Part shown: piece by piece, positions 10,680-23,300 of the stretch | How the letters are laid out: every line of letters starts with the position of its first letter | How positions within the stretch are numbered: position 1 is the first letter of the stretch | Source: Chrysemys picta bellii | Lineage: Eukaryota | Direction: 5' to 3' | DNA: 64,000 nt | Assembly (NCBI RefSeq): GCF_011386835.1 | Contig: NC_088811.1 | Location: 12,524,001-12,588,000 of the forward strand | Program-made: the position numbers and the translations under genes | Notes under the pieces: model-generated | What the model was told of the DNA's origin: nothing | Databases searched by the model: none | Seen by the model: the letters and a program-made list of their open reading frames with translations, nothing else

Positions 10680-13600
10680 CCCTGCTGTCGGTATGGCTCC
10701 CTCCTTCCTCCAAGCCTGCACATGCCCTCGCTTTCTGCTTGGATGCCCCATGTCCAAGGACACGATGGTTGGCTTCTCTCTCACGGAGTCCGGGGACCAG
10801 AGAACATCTCGCTGGCAGAGAGTAGAAGAGTTATTTAAGTCCTGAGCTGCTGGCCAGCCCCAGAGAGGTGCTTCGTTTGACTGCTCTTGGCCAGAACGCT
10901 CTCTTCTCTCCTGCCGTCTCCTTTCATCAGAAGTTGCCCTGACACTGCTCTTCCTATAGAAATGCCTGCGGTTTGGAGGGTAACAATCTACACCATGTCC
11001 CGTGTGGAGGAGTGCAGCGAATTTCCCCTCCCCTCTCTTGTTGATTTCTTCTCCCTCCCCAGTTCTGCTGCAGTAGTTGCCTTACTCGCATGAGAAGGGG
11101 TCATTGTCAAAGCTGAGATCACCCACTGCAATTTGCTAATATCCTCAAACACTAAATTGCTGGTTATTCTCAGTGGCATTAAAACTACACCTCCTTGGGG
11201 GGGTGGGGAATTTTCTTCCGTCAGGAACTCTTAATTTTTCACTCTGGCTTCATGTTTTTCAGTTCAGTTCTTAAAGCCCCTAATTTCTTAATGTCCTTCA
11301 GGTGCTGGAATCCCTGCCATGGATTTGTCTGACAGCCGCTGGCTGCTGACAGCATCTGGGCAAGTCGAGAATCCAAAACAACTTGGTTCTAATTACTGTT
11401 CTGGATTAGAAACCCTTAATGAACCCACAAAACAACTCGAAAGAGAGAAATCCCGTCAACCTCATTAGCTGTTGCCAATGATTCCCCTTAGAAGAGAAGC
11501 CTTTTGTAAGGCAATCTTGTCCCTTCCCTCTTTGGAGCATTATGTAGTGCCCTGCTGCAGAGATCCAGTGATAAGAGCCTGGTTTCACTCAGGGGTTCTG
11601 GATTCCAGGGGCATCTTTACAGTTAGGGCTGTGGAGATGGAGGAAATCTCTTTTCTCAGCCCGGCAAGCCCCGAGTTCAACATGGGGCAGAGCACGAGCG
11701 TTACTCCTCCAGCTCAGATTCAGCAGCGTTGGCTTATCTCGGTTTCACGGAAGGAGAAGGTGCGATTCATGCTGCGGCCAGCCAGAAGGGGCTCTGGGAG
11801 GTTGTGACTGCCAGCCAGCCAGCGCTCTGCAGAGCGGTTAATGGAAGGGCTGCTGGCAGCTCTGAGAGCACTTGGGATGTTTGTTGCAACCGCAGAATCA
11901 CCTGCAGGGTAAAGTCAGCACTTAGGAGCCAGTCGCAGCCAGTCTGGTACCATCCTGGCAGCACCTGTGTCGTTCCAGCAGGCTCCTGCCCTTGTGGGTT
12001 TTGCATTCAGATAACTGGGGGAAGCCAGCCTCATGCCTTCAGGGGCTACAGAACTGATTGGCTTGATAAAGCACAGAGCATTCTTGCTGCTTCCGAGACT
12101 GGCCCAGCTAACCTGGGGCATGCATCCCAGGAAAGCTTCCCCACAGCCCTCTTACCAGCCCTTTGGTTAACCTGTTCCACGCCATACCGGGCTTTAGCTA
12201 GCTGCGGAAGGAGCTACTGTTTTAGGAGTAAAACTGAGCCATCTTGAGGACTCTTCCTTCCAAGCGTAGAGGGATTGCAAAACCCGTTTTCACGTGTCAG
12301 TTGCAGAGTCTGTGATCTGCCAGCTGAGTTTGTTTGGGGAAGCTCTATGTTCCTGTGCTGGGCAGCGCTCATGAGGGCTGTGGCAGAGCACCTCAACCTC
12401 TAACTTCTCTAAGGTAAGAGGTAGTGTGCACAGAGCAGAAGTGCCCTTCGTTAAGCAAGTCTCTTCTAGGAATTGGTGACGCTTTCCCCTGCAGCCCAGT
12501 TTGTGGGTGGCTGAGTAGGTACAGGGAGATCCAGTCTCTGGGGGTATCTACACCATACAAAGAGCCAAATCGTAGGAGCTGGTTGCAGTTTGTGTTGTAG
12601 ATAGGAGATAACTGTTGTATCTGCATTACAGCCTGGACAAAAGAAGTGTATAGTGGAGGATGGGCCCCCAGCGGGCAGGGCAGAGCTCAGCTACATATTG
12701 GTTGATTCACTTTGGAGATTTTCTTTAGTCACTTCCAATGAAATCCAGCAAACCTTTCCCTGGGTCTTGTCTTTTCCTTTCTATCTCCCCTCTTCCGAGA
12801 TGGGCAGCAGACTTCCTGTGAAGCCCTGTTCCTCCCTGGGTCTGGAGCAGAGGCCTTGGCCCTCCTTGCGTATCCTGCTGAGTGGAGAGGGAGGAGCCTT
12901 GCTACATGTTATGCAAAACTTCCCTTCTTCGGCAAGTGACTTTCACCCTCCTGGGTCCATCTGGTTATAGCAGGTACCATCCGAGTTCTGCATTCCAGCC
13001 TGGGTGGCGTCCTATGTGACCAGGGTGCATGGAACACGTTTCTCATACCTTCCCCGCCTCTCCGCCCCCAGCCCCCCGGCAGCTGGTCAGTCTCCTCCAC
13101 CATTCCAAATAGCCTGTGTGCTCAGAAGAACCTTCCAGGGTAGGTGTGTGTTTGATCCTTCAGCTCCCCAGAGCGAAGTAAAGGCATCTTCCCAGGGCCA
13201 GCACCTATCTTGTACCCCTTCCCCTGGGCTCCATAGCTGTGATGGGAGTGGCTCCCTTGTACTTCTTCAGGCCCATCTGAAATATGGCTCAGTCCCAGCT
13301 GCCCATGCAGTTCTTCAGGGAGATCTTTAGTTAATGGAGTCTAAATGACTGTCAAGGGGGTTGACTTTGGCTTGCCCTTTTGACTTAGTGGGTGCCTTGC
13401 TCTACCTAAGTTGACTAAGGATTTTCAGCCTGTTTCACCCATATCTAGAGCGGGCTTGTCAATAACTCACTTTTCCTGTGCTTTGGGGCAGGAGGAGTAC
13501 TGGTTTCCATGGCTTGAAAGTGACTGAACTGGTCCAAGAAACTCCAGGACATATTCCCCTCCCCCATTCTCCCCCAAGGTGAACTGGAAGTTTGAAATAC

Positions 13601-14898
13601 GTGTGTGTGGCGCTAGGTTCTGGCACCTAGACAGTCCCACAGTGCAGTAAAGCAATCCCATTTCATTAGGGTTACCTTAGCGTTCGGGCATTTAAGGCAC
13701 AAACCACAAGATGCGGCAGCCAGGTGCACACTCTGTCTCTTCATAAGCCCAGTGAGAGATCCGGTCCCTCTCCCTCTACTCAGTTGCTGTGTGAGAGTTC
13801 ACTTACCTCCCTGCCCCCACTAAAATCGGGCTTGTTAACGTTGTCAGTTGCCTTTGCCCGTCATGTCCTGTTTATTCAGTACATGAGTCGTGGCAGTATA
13901 TTTTGCCACACCATGTCTTGGCCTCACTAATGAAGTCATGGAGCTAGGAACCCCAGGCAAGCCAAGCTGAAACATCTTGCTCAGGTATGTCTGGACGCCA
14001 GCTCTGCCTTCCCTTATGAAGGGTGCGGACTCCACCCCGTGCTCGGCCGCACCTGCTCTGCCTAAGCATCCATCTTACTAAAAACCTATCGCTCGAGGAA
14101 ACCAGTTCCTTTCGCTGCTGCAGCCAGGAGAATGTAACTGGCCACTATGGCATTCTGCTAGCCACTTTAAAGAAATTCACAAATGGCCTCGCCAGGTGTG
14201 CTCAACACTATTGCATATAGCCCATCGCAGGGAAAGTTCCTCGTTCAGAAATGAAGGGGTGCCTGGATGCTCTTCTCTGAGGGGGGTTCTGAGATGCAGC
14301 CCAGCCAACGGCTCTCGCATGTGCCACTTACGAAGGGTGCAAAGGATCCCAGATCCTCTCCTCAGTTGAGAGTGCTCAAACTTAGCTGACCACTGAACTC
14401 CCTTCTCGCAAACCTTAACTGCTTCTGGTCTGGCACTGATGGCTAAACAGCTGACAAACTCTACAGGTGCCTGTTGTTCTTATCAGAGTAACACTAAGGG
14501 GGAGAGTCCACGTAGTGGATCAGTATTGATGGCAGAAGCTTGGGATAGTAGAGGGTGCTGTCTCCTGCTTCCTGTGCAGTGTTAACGCAGGGTAGCAAGT
14601 CTTAGCTCCTCTGTACTATGAGCCATGCTAGGGGCAGCCACTTATCATTTGTTTTGCACTGTTTTGTTACGAGATGTAAGCTGATTCCACCGTGTATATA
14701 AACTGTATTTTTGTTAAATTTGTATGAATCTATTTTTTATTTGAACTTTGGCACTTGGGATGTCGTCCTGTAACCATAACGTGTCTGAGAGTAAAATGTC
14801 GTCATGTGTCCTTCTGCATCTGCTGGGCTCTGTGATCTTCTTCCTCCCCGTAGGATGGTTTGTTTAAACCTTTATTGATTTTTTTTTTTCATCCCAAT

Positions 14899-14904
14899 AA
14901 TAAA
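14899..14904 (+). terminator. Probable CLCN6 polyadenylation signal (about 4.2-kb 3'UTR)
   Basis: AATAAA preceded by a U-rich stretch and a Pumilio-type TGTATATA at 14693-14700. Assignment to CLCN6 is inferred. Confidence 0.6.
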
Positions 14905-16784
14905 AATGGTCCAACAGCCATAGATCCAAGAACCTATATTTTCAAGGGAGGAAGCCATGAATGCTGTTTACTATAAGCTTTTTGGCCAGGGACCTTGACA
15001 GTTTGTATGGGAAGGCACACTACAACTTGGTCTCGCCCTACTGTTTCAGATAAACGGTCAGTCTAGGTCCATCTCCTCTGACAGGGGCCAGTTCCAGCTG
15101 CTTATGAGAAAGGAGGACACTTCCCCCTAGGCACCCTTTTGCTCCTCACCCTGCTGCCCCTCTTCCCCAGAGATCAGAATTTGGTTTGGGTAATTCTGGA
15201 AGTTCTAACTACCCATCCCAGTGTCTGATCCTTTCTGGAATCCTTGCCAAGTTCATGCCCAATATATTAATTTCAGCAGGACGATACCTCCATTCCGCCC
15301 CAATTCCATACTCGGTGACTTCATGGGAGAGCTTTGTCGGTGACTTCAGTGGCAACAGGATTGGTCCTACATGACTTATAGATGGTCCCTCCTGCAGTGC
15401 AGAGGATATTCTGCTCTCTTAGCTGGCCTCTCTCCCCCACCCCAGTAAGCTTATAAAAGGATCTAAGTATCCAGCTGTTTCCTTAGCGAAGGCAGGTTTG
15501 GGTATTGCTGGCACCCTGACGTCATCCTTAGTGCTTGTAGGGGGGCCTGGGGCTGGCTTTACTGTATCTCCTGTGCTACCATCTCTGTCCAATAGAAAAC
15601 ACGAGCTGAAACAAAACTCAGCCCTCGTCCCAGTAGTAGTTGCCGTAAGGCAGAGCTGCCTAAGGTGTGTCCTAAAATGTAATTCATGGAGGTGGCAGCG
15701 GCAAGTGCAGCCCCCCTCCCCCTCCTTTGCATGCGAGCTGTAGCATGACGATGGTAGTAATGGCCTCTAAGTTCTCCGCATCCTATGGGACGCTCTTGCT
15801 GTGCGTTGATGTATTTTAACCTTCGACTGTATGCGGACGCTGCCCTCTGCCTCCTGCTGAGTCACCAACCTACACTCTCCCCAGTGGGCGGGATGGAAAT
15901 TGGCACCAAGCATCATCTTTTGGCAGGGAGCCACTGCAGTGGTTGGGCCTGAGGGACTGACAGGGACACACCTGCCCTTCTTCTCCCCCCTCCTTCCCCC
16001 CCCACGGAGCGGGGAAGTTCAAAATTTGGTTGAGTAGCTGTGGACTAAAGAGCAGCTCCTGTGGTCCTGGTCTCTTGCGCTTCCATTCAGGAGCCGGGGA
16101 AGATGTGCTGGCTGGGAGGAAAACTCCTTTACTCAATCTGCACTTACTCCTCCTCGTTGTCACACATGCACTGGCATGGGGATGGAGGTGGGAATGGGAG
16201 CTGCCTCTTTCTCAATTTCTTTCTCCGATGTAATGTAAAAAAATGGGAAACGGTCTACTTCTCTGAAAAGGGAGCTAGGCCGCCCTGTGCTATGGTACAT
16301 CACTTGACAGCTCAGTGCATCTGCAGTTTAAAAACATCCCCAGCAGGCGTGAAACAGATGCCAGACACTTGGCTACAGCATTGTCAGCTTGGGGACTGGG
16401 CCGAGGTGTCAGGATTGTATGTAGGTGGGGGGGTTATTTTTTCATAGGACGGAAGCAGCAAGTGTCTTGCTTGGAGAAGAAAGGCGTAAGCTGGTTATAG
16501 ATAACTGTTTGGTTTGATACTCTGCACAGTTGAGTGAATACAGCAGCTATAATACCGTTACGCTTAAACCAGCCCCTGCCTGTACTCAGACTTAAATGGG
16601 GTTTATAGGCTCATTAATCCGAGCGCTTGTTAGGAGACCCACAATACCCTTCAATTGCTCATATTTAGGGGGTGCATTAGTGCAGGCCGGTGAGATTTTG
16701 TTGTGGGCCTCTTAACTGAATATGAGCTACATTTTTACACACACAGGCAGGTCATGCAGGGTATGGAAAAATTAACAGTAGCCT

Positions 16785-16803
16785 TTTATTGCACTCATTT
16801 ATT
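16785..16803 (-). terminator. ANP tandem polyadenylation signals
   Basis: Two AATAAA hexamers on the - strand. Confidence 0.7.
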
Positions 16804-16825
16804 TGATGAAAGAAACAGACCTGCA

Positions 16826-16846
16826 CTTTCTGTCCAAGGTGCTGAA
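16826..16846 (-). promoter_or_regulatory. RE1/NRSE (REST-binding) element in ANP 3'UTR
   Basis: TTCAGCACCTTGGACAGAAAG has perfect TCAGCACC-nn-GGACAG half-sites. Mammalian NPPA carries a known 3'UTR NRSE. Confidence 0.85.
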
Positions 16847-17140
16847 ATCTGGGCTGGAATTCTTTTCAGTGACAACGGACTAAAATTATCCTTTAACCCT
16901 TACGCTTCAGGGAGAAAGCCAACATCTTGTGCATTGTTTGACTCATGGTGCTGGGGGGCGGAGGGGGGAAATTGTTTGCAAATGGGTGAAGCCAGGTGGC
17001 AGCTAAGTTTCGCCTACTGTCCCTGCTGCAACATAAGTTACCAGCGAGGAGCTAAGAAGATGCAGTTGACTTTGGAAGAGGTTCGATGTCCAGGGATCTG
17101 AGGAAGAAGATCAGGATTGCCCCCATCTCCAGGTATAGCT

Positions 17141-17146
17141 TCAAAA
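17141..17146 (-). CDS. NPPA: ANP exon 3 coding part (F*)
   Basis: Strong acceptor ttgtctttttctctctccttcag|TTT TGA; downstream AATAAA at 16798-16803 and 16785-16790. Confidence 0.8.
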   Translation of the reverse strand, partial: F

Positions 17147-19683
17147 CTGAAGGAGAGAGAAAAAGACAAGTAAATGTAGGGGTGGTACATTTCTTTATTC
17201 TTTGGGGGGTTATTTGTGCTATCGGAGCATAACCTACTGGTGAGCGTGTTACAGATAGGGAACTTTAGCTCAAGTACATCAGCTTCTGCTTTCAGCTCTG
17301 AAGTTCCCTGATTCAATCACCAGTGTGTTGCTCAAACAGTGGTCATCACAATAGCACCTAAAGGTACGGAGAGCGGGATCCCGGTGCGCTAGGTACTATA
17401 AACACACACATGAGACTACAGTCAAGGCAGCTAGAGAGTGGGAGAATTATTATCCCTATTTAACAGAGCGGGAGTTGGGCTACAAAGAGATGAAGTCACT
17501 TGTCACACAGGAAGTCTGTGGCAGAGCCAGGATTTGATGCTAGATCTCCTGAATCCCACCACTCAACAATCCTTGCTCTTAAACACCAGCTGAATCAGAA
17601 CGAATGCAAGGCAGGGTTTTAAAGGGTGGATAAAGACAGGAGCAACTTAAGCAGCCATTGGTGCATCAGCAATCCCTTCCCATTGAGAAGCCCGGCAGCA
17701 TCCCTTTTTCCTTTTCCCTCCGGATCCCTTTCCCCCATCCTCCAGCTGGGCTGCTGCGGTGTTAAATGTTTGGGCCCCTCTGTCCTGAACTCATCACAAA
17801 AGAGGATGGAAGCTGGTTCCTTTTTAGTAGCTCATTTAAGCTTCGAGAGGAGCCTTCCCACGGTTTGTGACTAGCTGGGATCGTAAAGTGGTGGGAAGGT
17901 AACACGTCGTACTGTGTGCCGCACGTGATCCTGAACAATGCCAGAGCGTGGCTACTTGAGTAGAATAGCTAGCGCCCGGCTAAGACAGGAGTAAGATGTG
18001 GTGGTGAAGGCATAAATGTTTAAATCCTTGAATCACACAAAGAGCAATGAGGCACTGGAATGGTTTAGAGTGGTTCACCGGGGGCTAACCTTTCATCATT
18101 ACAAAGTGTTATCGGGTGAGATCAGGACCTTGAAGAGGCGAGTTAGCTACTGTGATGACTGTGCAGTCAGTGTAGACAAGGACAATTGTGTTCAGTGCCA
18201 TGCTGGGACTTGGGTGTAACCAGGACTAGCTAACATGATGCTGTACAGGATTTGCCCTGGTCTATGCTGACTGCAAAGTTGTCCGCCTCGTGCTGGTTGA
18301 TCCTTTGAGGCTGGGATCTAACCTAGTAAATTTTGCATTGAGGACGTGCCCCGTGAACGATGTGCTGAAATGAAGAAAAGGCAGCATTTGAGTCTGAATA
18401 GTGAGGGAAACTTACTGGCCCTGATACCTTTTAAATAGCAGACGAGTCTCCCGTGGGAAGAAGAGGTAGAAACTCCCTCAGGTTGGATTGTAAAAACTCG
18501 ACTGAGCAGAATGCTCGATGTTGAAGGGGGACAATGCTGTACTGACCCCCAGGAGATGGGCTCTGATTTCTATGGTCCTTACGGTGGAAGATTCCATTGC
18601 TCTGGAATCAAATGCATCCTTCTTGAAAGGATTTTATCTAGGGTGGTTCTTGTGGCTGGTGTCTGAGTGCACCATTCCACCCGGGTTACGTGTTCTCACT
18701 GCAGCACTTTATGTTAAATTAGGGAACTGACTGCTAGGGACTCAGCCAGAAAAGGACGCAGTCTTCATTATCGTTTCTAAAAATTGAAATTTCCTAAGAG
18801 TTCAGAAAAGACATGTAAGAGAGAGGCTCACTGAAGCTAGAGCCCCCAACCCATTTTAAGTCCCACTGTTTTTTAAATTATCCACCTGGACGCTGCAGCA
18901 CAAGAACAAGAGAGTTGGCGTAGGAGACTCCTCAAAATCCATCATCCATCTTTTAACCTGAACTAGACAGTCCACCTTGACTTCCTGGGAACTCTGCCCA
19001 GACCGTAACATTGCTTCATCCTTACTCTATTGCCCCAGCTGTGCTTGAGTCATCTAGCCATTCCCTCTCCCTCTTACCCGGTAGCTGTTGCATCCAAGTC
19101 CGCTCTGGGCTCCTATTCTATCTATCCGTTGGCCAAAGCAATCCGAGAACCTTCTCATGCTGCGTGGCGAGTTCAGCAGTGCTCGTAGCTTGCTCCTCAG
19201 GGCAGACGGAGGTTTCTCAGGCAGCTCCCAGCTGTTGCGCCCATGGGCCAGGCCTTCTCTTTGCGGTCTAACGTAGTTGCTGTTCCTTGGACCAAGGGGG
19301 CGTGAGGCATCTCCTGGGGCTTCCTCATCCTGTTCCTTCATTTCTTGGGACAGACCTGCCTCGGCTTCTTCTGATGGGAGCTTGTCCTCCAGGCGGTCCA
19401 GCAGGGTCTGAAATGCAGAGAGGCAGCGGGGGAGAGAGCGTTTAACCCTAGAATCGCCCTAGGGGACGGAGTGAGTGGCAAAGCAGTGCACACCTTCCCC
19501 GCTCCCCCAGCCCTTGGTTGCATTGCGTTCTGACAGTGATGCCTGCCACCCTACCTTGAAGTCCGCCAGTTCCGCAGCGGAGGCCGAGCTGTACGCGGGA
19601 TGAGCGTTGGCTCCTCCTTGGGGCTTCATGCTGAACATCAGCAGCAGCGAGAACCGCAGGGCAGCAGCAGTCAACGAGCCCAT
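17141..19683 (-). CDS. NPPA: Atrial natriuretic peptide precursor (154 aa)
   Basis: complement(join(17141-17146,19078-19407,19555-19683)). Signal peptide [17 protein letters not shown]; pro-region ...[14 protein letters not shown]; mature [29 protein letters not shown] with a 17-aa ring. Phase-0 introns, a 1-codon last exon and adjacency to CLCN6, all as in mammalian NPPA. Confidence 0.93.
17444..17556 (-). mobile_element. MIR/CORE-SINE in ANP intron 2
   Basis: attattatccctatttaacag...gaagtcacttgtc...ggcagagccagga. Confidence 0.55.
19078..19407 (-). CDS. NPPA: ANP exon 2 (TLLDRLEDK...GCNSYR)
   Basis: catttcag acceptor; CGG|GTAAGA donor; 110 codons. Confidence 0.95.
19555..19683 (-). CDS. 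NPPA: ANP exon 1 (MGSLT...ELADFK)
   Basis: ATG at 19683; AAG|GTAGG donor. Confidence 0.9.
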
Positions 19684-19759
19684 GCCGTAGTCCAAGTTCT
19701 CCTCTCGCCTCCAGTGGTTTGCCCCCTCTCGCTGATGGGCTGCGAGCTTGACCCCTCCC

Positions 19760-19993
19760 TTTTTATACGTGCAGAGTCAGAAGGAGTCACGCCCAAGGAA
19801 TGAAGCCCCCGCCGCATTCTGTCACTTGCCCGCGATAAAGGATCTTGAGACCGGAGCTGGCAGAAGATTCCCTTTTAAAGTTATCCATCCCCTTGGGGCG
19901 GCGGAGGCTCGTCGGCTCCAGCGGGAATGACAGTGCGAGGACCGCATTCCTGTTGATTTGTCTCAAGAGGTTTCACACTTCAAAGGTGTGAGA
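19760..19993 (-). promoter_or_regulatory. ANP proximal cardiac promoter
   Basis: TATAAAAA 19760-67; CAAGTG NKE-like about 19823-28; GATA + SRE GATAACTTTAAAAGGG 19870-85; TBE-NKE TCTCACACCTTTGAAGTG 19976-93. Matches recalled mammalian Nppa promoter elements. Confidence 0.85.
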
Positions 19994-21925
19994 GAAGCAC
20001 CAAAAAACATCCCCCTTTATCTCTCAGCAGTGCCTCCGGATTCTTGTTCCTTAACGATGGAAACAATGAGGCAAGTGTTGGACAACTGGCCAGCAAGCCT
20101 CGAATGGGCATCGTGGTGGGGGATGCGGGAGAATTGGCTGCAGAGCTGCCATTAAAGCCAGTGCCCTAGACATGTGGGGCCAGGTCCTCAGCTGGTGTAA
20201 ATCAACACGGCTCTTTGGGGCCGGATCTCTATAGATTGGCTGAGCTCCATTCATTCCTGCACCAGCTGAGAATCTGTCCCGTCTGTCCCATGGACCCAGG
20301 ACCGTTTAACACTCCTGTCAGCGTGATGACAGGGCTTCCAGCTCGTGCTTCCGGAGACCTGGGATTTCATTCAAGAATGGTGCGAGGAAGGAAGCTAGAG
20401 CGGGGTTAGTCAAGTGTGCAGGAGGAGAGAGAACTTTTGAAAGGCTGGTTTTGAAAAGATCCAGCCTCCTTTTTTGAGCAAAGCCTGCAGCCCGGGCGTG
20501 CGAGAAGCGTGTAGGATGCCAGGGCAATTTTGTATTTCAGACCCATGCCTGGTAACTGGAATCTGTAAATTGAACGACAAGACACGGTTGGATTTTGAAT
20601 TTCCTTTCACGTTTACCACTAGAATACATTAGCAAGTGCTTCTGAAGATGTTACCGTCGCATTTAGGGAGAAGTCAGGTGTCATTAGGGCAAGGGACGGG
20701 GGATTCTGTAGGACTGGGCAGCTCTGGCTCCCTTTGGTACCTTAGTCAAGAAATGGGACCTCTCTGCCTCAATCTCCCCCTTTGGTAATGGCGGTGATAA
20801 CACTTCCCTCCCTCCTGGGGTGTTGTGAGCTTTAGCTGATGTTTCTAATGCATGCGAAGAGTCTCGGGCGAGGAAGGGGAGATATTTTCGGAAGCTGCTT
20901 CTGTATCTGCGCTGAATCGTTACTTGGTATCTAATCTAGGGTCGCTGTTTTTAACATCAGCCCTTGATTTGCACGGGTAGCTGTTTGCCCCCAGGGCAGC
21001 CTGGGGCTAGACGATCTGCAGGGGGTTTGCCATTCCAAGCTACGCCGAATCCCTCTCTCCCAGCCGCATGGCCTTGCAGTGCTCCCCACCTGAACGCTTT
21101 GCAGAGGAGGAGAGTTACTGGCTCAGTCGCCTGACTCCCCGCGCCTGGTCTTTAGCTGTAGTTTTAATCCCTGACCAATAGCGCCACCTCAGGCTTCCCC
21201 TTGAGGGGGTCTCTTTAGAATGGGGGAGAACTTTGCTCTGCTCCGATGCCCATGCTGTGCCCAACAGAATCTCTCCAGCCATTTCAGTCTGTTACTGGAC
21301 CCTCCATTCCTTCCTTCCCTTCCCCTAACTGCCTCTGAAAGGTGCCAGCGTGAGCGGTCTCCTGAATCTCCATCCGCCAGCAGCTTCCACCACCCCCCTG
21401 CAGCCCACGGCGGATGGTGAATAGGACTCGGTGCTTATTGTGGGGCCCACGCGCTGCCCTTGGAGTGAGTCTAAGCAGCAAAGACTTTAACGTGTGCTGC
21501 ACAAGGGCTTACCAGAGCAAGTGCTCCAGCTCCCAACCGAAAGACCATGTGCCATGGAAAAGGCAGCTGGGGGCAATGGGCTTTTCTATGCATGCGTGTG
21601 CCGTACTTCTTAAGTAGAGGCCATGCAAGCCCAGTGCTAAACCGCAGTGGAAGTCTATCCAGGAGCCCTTATGCATGGAACATCCTCCCTGAACTGATCC
21701 ATCAGGACCCTGCCCTGTGCTGTTTCAAGTCTCCCCTTATCACCCACCTCTGCCATAATGCCTGGAAGAAATCAGCCACCTGGCAGGGCTAGATTGAGAG
21801 GCAGCACGGGCCTCCCGTGAGCCGCATAATTTAAATAGAGGCACTGGGCTGTAAAATCATGTCGGTTTGCAGCTCTCTCTCTCTTTCTCTCTTTTACTTT
21901 TTGTGCCTCAGTCACTTTCTCAGAG

Positions 21926-22046
21926 TGTAAGCTCTTTGGAGCAGGGACTGGGCCTTCATATGTGTATGTACAGCACCTACCCCTCTGGGACTCTGCTCCT
22001 GCCTGGGCCTCTGGGACCTACCTCACCCTCAATATAAAATAATAAC
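21926..22046 (+). mobile_element. L2-type 3' tail (similar copies at about 31305-31418, 43705-43835, and 56728-56825 on the - strand)
   Basis: tgtaagctct..gcagggac...tgtacagcacc...aataataa. Confidence 0.6.
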
Positions 22047-22522
22047 AAAGGTGGGTCTCTAACTAGGTTGCATTGGAAACCGTGGGGGTGCTCTTGCGGG
22101 GCCTCAAGACGGGGCATCGCCTAATGAAGGGGACCTTGTTGCATGTGTGACCGTGTTCTCTAGCTAGCTAGGCACCCATCAGCAGGTGGGTAGCTGTCCT
22201 GCAGAGAGGAAGCTCGGCAAGAGATGTGATGCTGAAGGAAGAGTTCTGCTAACTAATGCCAGCAGTGAGACAGGTTACAATTTTCGATGCTGGGTGCCTA
22301 AAGCCAAGCTCCTAAATCCCATAGACTAGAACTGGCCTGATTATCAGAGGTGCTTGAGCTCGTCGTAATACCCCTGAGGTCAGTGGCGGCTGCTGGACAC
22401 TCAGCGTCTTGCGAAATCAGGCCATTAATATTGAAGTGCCCAAAGATAGATTTAGGAAGCAGGTTTTAGGCAGCCAGGACTGAAAATGGTGACCCTAAGT
22501 ATCAGCAAGCCAAGGAGGGTGA

Positions 22523-22600
22523 GGTAATCTCTTTCATTGGAACAACTTCTGTTGGGGAGCGAGACCAGCTTCCACGCATGCGCAGAGCTCTTCTGCAGAT
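22523..22600. mobile_element. Degenerate Penelope-type fragment
   Basis: tctttcattggaacaacttctgttgg...agagctcttct; ribozyme core decayed. Confidence 0.45.
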
Positions 22601-23149
22601 CATCTTCCTCAATCGCTTGCATGATGGGACTTTGTTTGAAGTTGTGTAAGAGCTCAGGCTGATGATGGTTATTCTATGCAGGCCCAGAACAGCTGTCAGG
22701 GAGGTAGTACATTTCAGCTAGGCTAGATTCAGGGACCTGGAACTCTGACGTTTCCTACAATGATTTTAAAACTAGCCCTAGTTGTCCCTAAACTACAGAC
22801 AGGATCTTTTAGACAAAGACAAGCAGAGAGTCAAGAGGCCATTTAAGGTCTTGCCGTACAGTTTACATTTGTGGTGATGAGCACAAAGTGCAGCTCAGGC
22901 CAGAGCAGAGATCTTGGTGGGAAGGAATTAGAGTCCCGGTGAATTGCAGCTGCGTAAGTGGCTGGGAGTTTGTTTGTGGGTATCAGTGAAGTGGATTAAA
23001 GGGCTGGAAAAGTGCAGTGAAGAGAGCTGAAAAAAACAAAACAAAAAAACCCCCTCCAGGGTAACGAGGGATCATCTATATTTTCAAATATGCTGCAAAC
23101 CCAGTAACACTGGGCTACTCTCTATAGTACCTTTCACCCAACCCTCTGA

Positions 23150-23300
23150 ACTCGGTTAATTCGGCCTCACAAACCCTCCTTTCAGGTAGGAAAGTATTAG
23201 TGTACCTACTGTTAGATGGGGAAACTGATGCACAGAGCACGGAAGTGACTTACCCAAAACACATGTGGGAGTGGGTTTGAGAGCCCTAACCACTACACAG
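23150..23300 (-). mobile_element. MIR/CORE-SINE
   Basis: acagatggggaaactga-like...aagtgacttacccaa. Confidence 0.6.

Noticed and set aside
11729-12247. 172-aa ORF downstream of the CLCN6 stop
   Set aside because: Lies in the predicted 3'UTR, has a TTG start and no recognisable motif
19684-19695. Upstream in-frame TTG start (MDYG) for ANP given by the ORF track
   Set aside because: ATG at 19683 gives a normal signal peptide; the TTG is a non-canonical start
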